A stretch of DNA of 62,943 bases, filler included, from Intoshia linei (taxonomy: Eukaryota > Animalia > Orthonectida): assembly GCA_001642005.1 (NCBI GenBank). It is 4 parts of 4 records of this genome, joined end to end, with 100 filler letters (N's around TTAATTAATTAA, not from the genome) between each part and the next. Parts side by side here need not be neighbours in the genome. Positions count along the whole stretch, not along the records: positions 9,220 to 34,299 come from LWCA01000508.1; 3 more parts are not named here. One strand, written 5' to 3'. Below the pieces are notes generated by a model. That model was not told the origin of the DNA. It was given only the letters and a program-made list of their open reading frames with translations, and did no database searches. Each line of letters opens with the position of its first letter. The first letter of the stretch is position 1. Shown here in pieces: positions 9,920 to 21,300 of the stretch. The position numbers and the translations under genes were made by a program.

Positions 9920-12900
9920 TTAATCACTATATTTTTTATACTCGCATCCTTCTGGTGGTTTCACGGGCGTTTCTTCTTTTTTTATATCTTCCCAGTTTGT
10001 GCTCAGTACAGTTCCACCAGATTCTTGCTATATAGACATTAAACATAAATTAAAATCAACTTTGAAATCATTAAATCGTGTATGCTATCAAATTCTTTTA
10101 CTTTACATTTTCAGTTCAAAAAATAATTAAAAATTGATTATAATAACTAACAATAAACTTTAAAATTAAAAATAAACTAATTAATATTTAAATTGTAAAC
10201 TTTTCCGTTATATGAAAAAAACTTGTATGAAATTTTCGCAAAAAAATATATGCCATCAAAAGTTAAAATTAAAAAAATACAAATGATTTGTTCATGGCTT
10301 TTCTGGTTTCATCCGAACCGTCTTTATAAATTTTTTTAAACAAGTCGTTTAGCGCTTCTTCGCCTTTAGGGTTTTCATCCTCACATTTAAAACTGTCCCA
10401 ATCTTTATACGTTTTATTCTTTTTAATGGATGTGGACTAGAAACGTTTTATTATTTATTCTATTTTTATTATTATTAATTATAAATTAAATAACCAATTC
10501 AAGATTATTCCAATAAATCGAAACTAATTTGAGTATATTAATTTTGATAAAGTCGTCTAAAATTTCAAATTTCATAGTTATTTCCTTTACTATGTTTGAT
10601 AAATTAATAGTTTCAGAGATATCTGCAGCAGGATTATCGATTTTAATCTATGCAATGAATGAATTGAAATATAGAATACATGAGATATTTATACACAGTA
10701 AAATTCAGTGGAATTTTAGACCGTTAAAATTAGCGATTATTAGATAAAATAATTTTTAAGATAACATAAAAAGGTGGTATTTTGTTAATCAATGACTTAA
10801 TGATCAATAGAATTAATTAACCTATTAATTTTTGGATACGAGAATAAAAATACAGACGGTACAAAGCTTAAAAAATTTAAAATAGGCATATTTTAATAAT
10901 TGCATGCCCATAAATATTGAATTATCAGAAAATTTAGAAATTTACTCTATTTTTTGATTTACAATGAAAAGTAAAAGAAACCAATTAGAAATATAACCCT
11001 TTAAAGTTAAACACAACTATATGTAGTACATTATTAGTAAAATTACACATCTATTTGATATCATTTCTACTGTAAACGAGTCCTTCACATTTAAATATTT
11101 TTTAATGTTGTAATTAATGGTTATCGATGCATTGTCTTGTGACCACTTGTAATTTCTAAATAACATTTAAAATTATATAGCAGCAGAAATTAAGTTAGGG
11201 GCAGGGAAGAATATGACGATCTCTCATTTGATAAAACTGGATATTTACCTAAAAAATTAATAAAAATAAATTTTTCATTCCAATTTAAATTAATGTAATT
11301 TTTTTTCCACAATAGTCGTACACATTAGTGTGTATAATTACAATACTATTAATGCATTTAAATTCTGATAAATTACTTTGCCTTGATAATTACTGGTGGT
11401 ATTTCATTTTTTTGAGGTGCATGTTGTTTTTGATCATTTTTTGGAACCAACTGATTAACTCTTCCGAGTTTCTTTGTTATATATTTATGTTTCTTATCGT
11501 ATTTTTCTATACAAAAATAAATTAAATATTAATGCAACGCTTCAATAGTTAGAAAAAATTTCAATATAATAATTTCAATGATTACTTGAGGTAACCTAGT
11601 TTGAAATTTTTTAATTTTATAAATTTGCATCTAATTAAAAATTAGCCATTCCCAAAAAAAAATCCTAACCTACCTACTCGCCCATCCGAAAATCAAAAAT
11701 AGGCTCTCAAAAATTTCTCGAACACCTAAAAAGTAATGTCATATCACCCTAGCTATATCTTCATGGACTGGACTTTAGATTTTAAATTTGACATTCATGA
11801 AAAATTCGGTTTCCTATCCTAAAATAACAAATTTAATTTTATCAACCGCACAAGGAATAATCTAGTTTTACCAACCCTACAAGGAAAAATCCAGTTTTAC
11901 CAATCTTATAATGAAAAATTCAATTTTGCCAACCCCAAAAGTAAAAATCCAGTTTTACTAATCCTAAAAGGAAAAATCCAATTTTATCAACCCCAAAAGT
12001 AAAAATCTAGTTTTACCTATCCTAATCTAAATAATCCAATTTTACAAACCGCAAAAGTAAAAATCCAGTTTTACCTATCCTAAAATAAAAAATCCAATTT
12101 TATCAATCATTTATTGAAAATTCTAGAAATTTAAAACAAATTAATTCCGTTAATAAGGACTTAGACTGTATATAATTAAGCAAGATTTATAAAATTGCAT
12201 AAACTATTTCATAAAAGATCACAAATATTCCACTTTAAAAAATAGTAATTTGTCAAGTTTGTAACGAAAATCCAAAGAACAATTTAATTATTACTTTTCT
12301 ATAAATTTTCTATAATATAAATTATAGATTTTTCCCTTTAGGATTAGTAAAATGGGATTTTTCTTTTTGGGTTTGTTAAAATTTAATTTTTCATTTTAGA
12401 ATTGGTAAAACTAGGACTTTTCCCTTAAGGATTGGTAAATTTTGATTTTTAATAAAAATGGTTAGACGTTACAAATAAAAATATATTAATATATTAAAAT
12501 TTCCGAATTCTTTAGGGTTATGACTACATCTTATTGGATTCTGCCTGAATGGTACCACCGAAGAGTGGTCTCGACAAAAATTTCTGAAATCTTAAATCTT
12601 AAAGGATCGTAAAAGTGGATTTTTAGTAAAAATGGTTGGATTTAAGAATATTCTCTTAAAGTCTTAGTTATGAACTCGTTAATTGATTATACACTTTGGA
12701 CCGGTAACGTTTCAATTTAATAATTTAAAAAATTAAAATATTACCATCATCGTAAAAAGTATCCAATACCTCTCTAGATTCTTTCATTCGATTTAATTTG
12801 AAAAAACATTTACTAGGTATAAATAATCAAAAATTAAATTGAAAAAAAATACTTGAAATAATAAAAATGTAAATAAAAAAAATAGCGTCATTTATAAAAT

Positions 12901-13299
12901 TAAAAGTAACGGTTTTCAACCACTACCAAAAGTGATCGGAAAACTTGTACCCAATAAAATATTACGCCAAATAATATATGATGCATTCATCCTTATCCAT
13001 ACATTCCAATAAAGATAATGCTTCTACATAAAAAGGTAACTAAAAAACGAAAATTAAACGTACCCTTATAATTTCCAATTTTAAACAGTGAAATACCCAA
13101 ATATCTATCTGCCAAAAGTTTATATTCATTTTCATCATGGATAGTTCTATAAACCTAGCATATACAATGATTTATAATCCAGTTAAATTAAACCTCGATC
13201 GCCTGTTCATATTCATTGGACATGAAGAGTTTATTTGCTTGTCTAAACTAAGGTAAAATATGATTAATTTAAAAATTACAAAAATTTTGGATTAGTCAT
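9920..13299 (-). CDS. SUGT1: SGT1 co-chaperone (TPR-CS-SGS), multi-exon
   Basis: Start [23 protein letters not shown] (TPR); CS domain [14 protein letters not shown]; SGS domain KDWDSF...[32 protein letters not shown]|[35 protein letters not shown]. Confidence 0.93.
11820..12450. repeat. ~21/42-bp minisatellite (AAAAATCCAGTTTTACCAACCC-like), direct array plus inverted partial array; related arrays at ~16500-16840, ~30630-30920 and ~48060-48250
   Basis: Repeated AAAAATCCA(G/A)TTTTA(C/T)CAA units at 11845-12105; reverse-complement units at 12330-12450. Confidence 0.75.
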
Positions 13300-13535
13300 T
13301 AAAATTATTAAAATAAAATTAAAAGACGATCAAATTATAGAAAATATTAAACTAAATCTTTTAAATATAAATTTTGATAAATTTTGATGAATTTTGATAA
13401 CAATACAATAACAAATTATAATCTGTAAAGATTTATTTTGCATTTTTTATACAATGTCATATCAACCATTTTAATTTAATTTGAAACATTTTTATTGTGA
13501 AATGAGTTGATCTTACATTTCAAAAAATTAAAATA

Positions 13536-15351
13536 ATGTTTAAAAAGTAAATTTACTGTTAAATTGTAATATTTCAATTAAAATTATTAGATTCGATTGC
13601 AAAGAATCAGTTAGTGGGGTATCTCAAATTAAATCTTCTGTACAGCGAGAAATTCGAAATAAAATTTTAATTGATTATTCTAATGCTGATGAGCATTTTG
13701 ATGATATTATTCCGAAAAAGAATTTAAAATTAATTAAATGGTTTTATAGTTTAAATTTTTTTTTATTTATTTTATTTTTAGTCACCACCACATTGAACTT
13801 ATTGCTTTTTCTGGTGAAGTTATATTTTTCAGAGATAGCCAGCAGCATTTTATTCCTTCTTTGAAAACCATTCACAAATGTAGGTATTATATATAAATTT
13901 TTCATTTTTATCGAGAAATTTTCTAGTTTTTAAAAATAATTCATTTGTTTTTATTTATTTATTCTTGATGGAAACAAAATTTGTGAAATAAACATATTCA
14001 ATTACATAATTTTTATGTATTATATCTAATCTAGATCCTTACATTTTACCCAAAATGCAGGCTGATGACGGAGCTATTGATTTTATTCTTAGAGGAGCAA
14101 ATATTATGTGTCCTGGTTTAACTTCGAAGGGTGGTAAAATGTCAAAAGTTGAAACTAACGAAATTGTGGTTTATATTTTAATTGTTAAAAAAAATATATT
14201 TACATATCCTTATTTATATAATATGCTATGAAATATTTGTTTGTGTGTGTGTTACCGTTTATTTCAATAACGACCAGTTTTAGAATTTTATAAAGTTCTA
14301 ATTTCAATTATAGATTTTTCCGGGTGTTAGCAAAATAAATTTCAACCTCCAAAACTCACATCTTACGGGTCAAAAACCCAATTGTTTTTTTTTTAAAAAT
14401 CAAACGAGTTGGAGAATTTAAAAAATATATACTCTGATACGAATTTTAAAATCATAAATATTATCATAAATTTAAATCTAAAAAAATTATATCTTCAGGG
14501 GAAAAACCACAAATTACCCTTCTTTTTTTAATGAAAACAGCCCTATAATTTCAAAAAATTTACAGATTGTACAGTTGTATCCTGTTAACACAAAAAATTT
14601 CAATCTGAATAAGTCACGACTTCACAATCAAAAAAGCAGATTAGTATTCATATTTTTTTTTTGAAATATTTTATTAAAACAAAAAATTGTAAAATAATTA
14701 ACGGTCCTAAAATTAAAAAAAAGATTGTTCTGATAGAACTTATTCCAGTTGATATAAATACAAAATTTCAACCCCAGAAATCTACTAATTCTCGGTGAAA
14801 AATAATTTTTAATATATTATCAATTAATATTTTTCAAATATTTCGAGTGAAATTGAAAATGTAATCATTGATTATACAATTTCAAAAAAAATGTGGATTG
14901 TACGTCTATACATTTCCAGTCAAGACATATGGGTGAAAATCTATATAATTAATTTCTGTGGAATTTTTAAAATATAATATTAGTTGTTGTAATATTTATG
15001 TAGGGTATTTATGTTGAATCCAAGAAGCATGCTTTAGCGATAGGTTTGATGAAAATGAGCACTGATGATATGTAATTTTTTAATTTAATTTAACGAAATC
15101 ATAAAAGAACATTAACGATTTCTTTATAATTTATGCAATAGTATATATAAATTAATAGAATTACATATAAATAGCGACATTTTTCATCAGTCACCAAAAA
15201 ATGCGTGAATATCTTTTTAGTCATGATTCACTATTGCGTAAAATATTTTAAATTATTAATTTGATTTAGTGAAAAAAAGAATAAAGGAATAGCTATTGAA
15301 GTTTTGAACTATATTGGAGATGGATTATGGAACATGAAAAATATAAATTAA
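13536..15351 (+). CDS. MCTS1: Malignant T-cell-amplified sequence 1 (MCT-1/Tma20, PUA domain), 6 exons
   Basis: Spliced translation MFKK|FDCKESVSGVSQIKSSVQREIRNKI...|YPYILPKMQADDGAIDFILRGANIMCPGLTSKGGKM...|GIYVESKKHALAIGLMKMSTDDI|EKKNKGIAIEVLNYIGDGLWNMKNIN*. Confidence 0.95.
14207..14930 (+). mobile_element. 5' half of a Helitron-family copy in an MCTS1 intron
   Basis: Starts A|TCCTTATTTATATAATATGC...GTTTGTGTGTGTGT, the reverse complement of ~45800-46409. Confidence 0.75.
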
Positions 15352-15361
15352 TGTAAAGTTT

Positions 15362-18300
15362 TTATTGTCTAAATAAATTTTTACATTTTTTCCAATTTCT
15401 CTTGTAATATTCATAATCAATTATCCATTTAGGTTCATTCAATTCATCAGAGTTGCTTTTATGGTTGTGAATGAACCAGCTATACGTAGTTTTATATTAT
15501 AATTTTTTTTGATTTTTTGAAAATACATGTATTAATTTAGTTTTACGCTAATTTGTGTTCATGTTTTTTATTTTCATTTCTTTCGTATATACTTTTCATA
15601 TTTTCAGATTTATCTAAAATCTGAATTAATTTTAATTGGTAATAAATTGTAAAATTCTTTCAAATTTTTAAACTTTGACTTAACCGACATCTTCATAGAA
15701 TGGACAGAAATTACTTGCAATTAATTATTTCACATTTATAAAAATTTCATAACTTACAATGTAAATCTTTGAGTAAAGATTTGATACCTTTCATTTAAAA
15801 ATTACCATTCGAAAAATTTAACAAGGCTGAATTATAATTATATCTGAAACTTACATTAAACATACAATTTTCTTGACTGTTCACCGGAAAGGTTTTTATA
15901 AATGATACGATTTATTTTTAGTTTTTTTCATTTTTCAAAACAAAGGGTAATTTGGGTTTTGCTCATAAAGATGCAAGTTTTTGAGGTTAAAATTTGTGAT
16001 AATGGTAGTGACTTTAAAATCTGAATCGGAATCGACATTTTTAAAATTTCTGCGATTCATTAAAAAAGAGTCATTTGGGTTTTGACCACGAAGATGCAAA
16101 TTTCTGAGGTTACCATTTGTGATAATGGTAATGATTTTAAAATCTGCATCAGAATCCATGTTTTTTAAAGTTTCTGTAATTTATTAAAAAAGGTCATTTG
16201 GGTTTTTACCACGAAGATGCAAATTTCTGAGGTTAACATTTGCGATAAGTGTTATGATTTTAAAATTTAAATCAGAATTTATTTATTTTAAAATTTCTGC
16301 GATTCATTTGATTTAAAAAAAAAGGAGTCATTTGGGGTTTGACAACAAAGATGCAAGTTTCTGATGTTAAAATTTACGATAATATTTTAAAAATTGTCTC
16401 AGAATTCGTGTTTTTTAAATTATACACCTGTCATGACAAATAATGGGTTAAAGATAAACTGACATGCAATTTTAGGATCCAACGGAAACATGAAATATAA
16501 AACATTTATTAAAAAATTAACGGTTTTTTCTCATAAGATTTAGTCAAATCGTGTTTTCAAAAAAATATTGGAAAAAGTGGATATTTCCCTTAAGCGTTGG
16601 TAAAATCGTGTTTCTCAAAATAATAATGGAAAAAGGGGATTTTTCCCTTAAGCGTTGGTCATGAAATAAGATGAGATTTTCATTTTGAGGTTAAAATACG
16701 AGTTTGTTCTCATAAGATTTGGTAAATCGTGTTATTCAAATTAATATTATAAAAAGGAAACTTTCCTTTAAGGGTTAGTAAAATTGGATTTTTTATTTTT
16801 GGAGTTTGATTAAGTGGATTTTTGTCTGAGAGTTTGGAAATGGTATTTTACATTAAATTTTATTAATGGTGGGATAAAAGTGGGATTTTTGAAATAATAA
16901 TGTAGTGGTCGTCTAGGCTTTGGTATAAATTCCCAACATCAGGCAACTCTGTAATAAATATCAAAAATTCTCGTATAAAAAAAACAAAAGTGTATAAAAA
17001 TTTTTTATTTGAATGTCACATCCCAGGCATATAGTTTTGAACCTCAATCGGAAACCACTGCTCGAGATTCTAGAATCTAGAGAATGGACGCCATTTTTAG
17101 CTACATTGCATTTTGCTTTATATAATGAGAATTCACTCAGGGTTTAGTTCACTGTATAGTTAATTATTCAAGTGTTTAATAAACAGATATGTCTTTTGAT
17201 TTTTAAAATTTTATTCCTGTTTTATTTCTTAAAGACTCGGAATCGTTTTTTTAACGATTTCGTTTCCAAAAATAGAGCTATTCCAGATTATAAGATTTTT
17301 TGCAATCATATCATCACTAATTATAATGTTTAAACTTTAAATGAACGTTATGAACTTGATACATTATATTTCATACCCATTTGTCCTAATTCAAAATAAC
17401 GTACATCCTTTCGTAATCTACTATCGGTTGGTGGTAAAATTTTCAGTAATTCGTTCCAGTTTCTATTCAATTGAAGAGTAAAATTCGAAAATGAACAATA
17501 CTAAAATATATAATAAACACATTTGAACCACTGAATTAAATAATAATTAATTGATTGTTAATTCATAAAAAGGTGCAAAATTAAAAATCCACCGTTAGGT
17601 ATACAGCTAAAAAAATTCAAGAAACACCAGCCTAGAGTCACTGAAATTGAATTCCACAATTTAATTATAATGTCAGTTAAAAAAATAATACATATAATAA
17701 CGTAAATGGCCTGAAGTATATTGCACGTGAAACAATTTTTATATTTTGCCATAAAATGACATTTAAAATACGTATTGTTTATTTTTACTATCATTGTAAT
17801 TATAAAAAATAAATAAATTCTTTAAATAAATAAAAAACCTTTTCAACACTATCGATTGTCCTGTTAGAAATTATTTTAAACCAAATTTGAAACGGAATTT
17901 TTAGGAAATTTATTTTGAACAGAATTTTAAGGGGCGTTTCTTAGATTTTTTTTTGAATCAAACTTAAAGACAACCATAAAGTTTGCTGTAAAAAAATTGC
18001 TAAACACCTCTGTTGAAGTTTGGTTCAAAAAAAATTCTAAGAAAACCATTTTTAAATTTCTATTAAAAAAAATTTTTTAAAACACCCCCTCAAAGTTTGG
18101 TTTAAAAAAAATTTCTAAAACCCAAAATCAAAATTTTACACATTCTACAACTTGCCCATAGAATGTTTACAGTTCACAGTTTTACACATTCTATACGACA
18201 TATATAAAGCGAAATAAAAAATTACTATGTCTATCCATTTTTTTCCATATAATAAATTTCTGACATTTAATGTAATTCCACTAATTTTATATTTTTCATT

Positions 18301-21300
18301 GAACCTGAATTAAAATTGTTGTATGATTGAATTAATTAAAAATCTTGTTTAACTTTCACTGATAAATTATGAAATGTTAAATTATTTACTTTTTCAAGTA
18401 GATAATTTGACGAGTATTTGGTTTAATATTCATATGAGTTCCTTTGAACGAAAAATAAGTATGATTAGATCCATAGATTTTGTAGGTCTCAGATTCCATA
18501 TGGTATACCGACTTGGAAGGATTATGGGAAATTTGTTCAGCTAATCCAATCCATCCATCTTTACTATAAAAACATACTACACGTATTAGAAACAGATAAT
18601 AGCCAACGAAATTTATTACATGTTGACAGTGGATTAGGGTTCGCTAAAGTAACTTAGAAATTAAAAATGATATTTTTATTCTTGGGAATACAATAAATAT
18701 AATTTAATGGATTCACAAATTTTTATTTTATTAAGAGTCAATACAAAATAAGTCTATCGCCCCATGCTGCAACGTGGCCATTCAAACTATTTTTCAGCGT
18801 ATGACCCTTTTAGTCATTTTATTAGCTTATAAAGCCATTATGATATTATTATTAATAGAAAATTATTATTAAAAAATAGATACAGTAATATAATGTAATA
18901 TAAATAATATACATTTTTTGATTTTTATAAGTCATCAGAAAATCTTTCTGTGACCCTATACTTGGAAATTTTGTGAAAATAGTGACGCACGATAGTTCTG
19001 GAATTCAAAATTTTCATCTGGCATTGGGGCATCACGTGGCCCATTTTGAAAATCACCTTAAAATGTATACATTTCATTATAACATTGTAAATGCATGTAA
19101 GCAAATTTAAAATTAATTTGGCAAGCGTTTAATTTATAATTCAATTTAATGTTTAATTTAATTTAATGTAGGTGATAAAATTAAGGTGTTTAAGAACTCT
19201 ACAAAGTGCCGTCTAATGAGCCTCATACCAATCGAGGTATCAATGCAATTAATGTAGAGAATATGAACTAATTTAAGTAATTCCAAATTTTGGTGGCCCT
19301 TTGAATAAATACTTTTATGTAAATTATTTATTTTTAATTTTTTCAACTTTAAAACACCGTTTTAAACATTTTCAACTATAATTGGTTCATTAAAATCATT
19401 GTAATTCTGAATTTTCAGATCGCCCTAAATATTATTTTGCTAAATATACTAGAACTGTTTATCTTCAGTTAAAATTGAAATGTATCATTTTTAAATTTAC
19501 AAAAACGGACCCGTAGAATTTTTTTATATAAAAAAGTGGCCCATGGACGCAAAAGGTTGCCGACCCCTGCTTTATAGTAATGTTACAATTTTATAAAACT
19601 GTAAGGGTTCTCGAACCAAAATTTCAATTAATCTAAATTAAAAACATTTAAGACATTTTTCAAAAAAATTTCTGGGGTTCTCTTTCGACCTGGATACCCT
19701 ACTGTCTAACCATAATCAATAATACTGTATAATAACTTATTATTAATAGGTAATGTATGTAATGTAATGTAATCAAAAATGTTTTTACAAAACCAAAAAT
19801 TTTTCATACTTAAAATTAAGAGTGAATACGATTAAAACTAACTGATAATTTTCAAACATTATTAATAAAATTATAAAAATTTCTCATTGAAAATTATTTT
19901 AAAATTACAAATAATAAAAAATGAAAAATTTAATTTAATTTAAAATTAATATGAAGAGTCCACAGTGGAGTTCTGCAACATGGTGGCACCCACTATTCGT
20001 TACAACCCAAATAAAAATATGTTTTAAAATTAAAAAGTCGCCTTCACAGAGCTAGCTGCTTTTTGTATGAAATACATAACAGTCAAGGTAGTATTGTACA
20101 AAATTAACATTAAATTAATATAAAGTTTTCATAATTTCAATGCGATTTCAAAATTTCTGAAATTTACAGGTCCCACCATTGGCTTCACTTATATAATATA
20201 AAATAACAACAAAATTTTAATATCTAATTTAAAACAAGGTTAATCAAAAACCTTTGATACTCAAATGTCTCTCCAGAAACAGAGCTGAAACATTTTCTAA
20301 GTCTCTTATCATTATAAGAGTGTTGGGAAACAACAAAGGACGTAATAAATTTCATTCTTTCGTGAGCATCTTGACAAATTGATGCTTTGTAGAGCATATT
20401 TTCATATTCCATTATTTCAAAATTTCTTTGAAGAAATGTCAAAGGTTCATTAAATATTATAGGTGTAGTAAATTTTGTAATTTCCTATTAAATATAATTA
20501 TTTTTATTTAGAATTGCATTGTTCATGTTTAGTAAGAGTAGTCAAATTTTCCTCTACAAATCGTCAAATCTAATTCGTTTTAAAGCTAATGAACAAACCA
20601 ATTTATATTTTGTCAGTCTTTAAAAAGAACTAAATGATTCAAATACTGCCAATATCTTGAACCGAATCCACAACTCGAGGCCACCGAAATTGAAAAATAC
20701 GCCAAAAGTTTTTTTGTAGTGTCATATTACCTTAGTCACCTATCAAAGGCTTTTGACTTAATGACTTATACTTAATGACCAAAAAAATAAATGACATTAA
20801 AAATCTAACTTAAAAATCCTACTATTCACTATTATTATTTTTTTAAACGAGTGGTTCCCAAATTGGTTTCAAGTGGAACCGTCATATCACATTACATCAC
20901 AGTACTTTTTACTTTAAATTCAATTATTCCATCTTAATTTATTAGACAGAATGTGTGAATAATATTAAATATAAAGTAAAAACATTCCAATATTAAAAAT
21001 TGTCATAAATAACATAAATTCCAGAAAAAATAAAATTGTAAAAACCTATTTTGGTAGTTTCAATTATTTTCAATGTGATAATATACATTCAGTACCAATT
21101 TAATAAAATAATTTTAAGGACACTTATCACCTCAAAAAAATTTGGCAAGCATTAATTCAATATACATTTAATCTTACTTAATTAATGTATATTTAATCCA
21201 GCAATAACATTAAAAATTTTCTAAAATTATTCAATTTAGTTTTCAATTTGTTGACATTGGAAGCAGAATTTTGGATTTGGCAATAATCATCATAATATAT

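Noticed and set aside
11820-12110. CRISPR-like array
   Set aside because: The units are contiguous and degenerate with no unique spacers, there are no cas genes, and the context is eukaryotic. It is a minisatellite.
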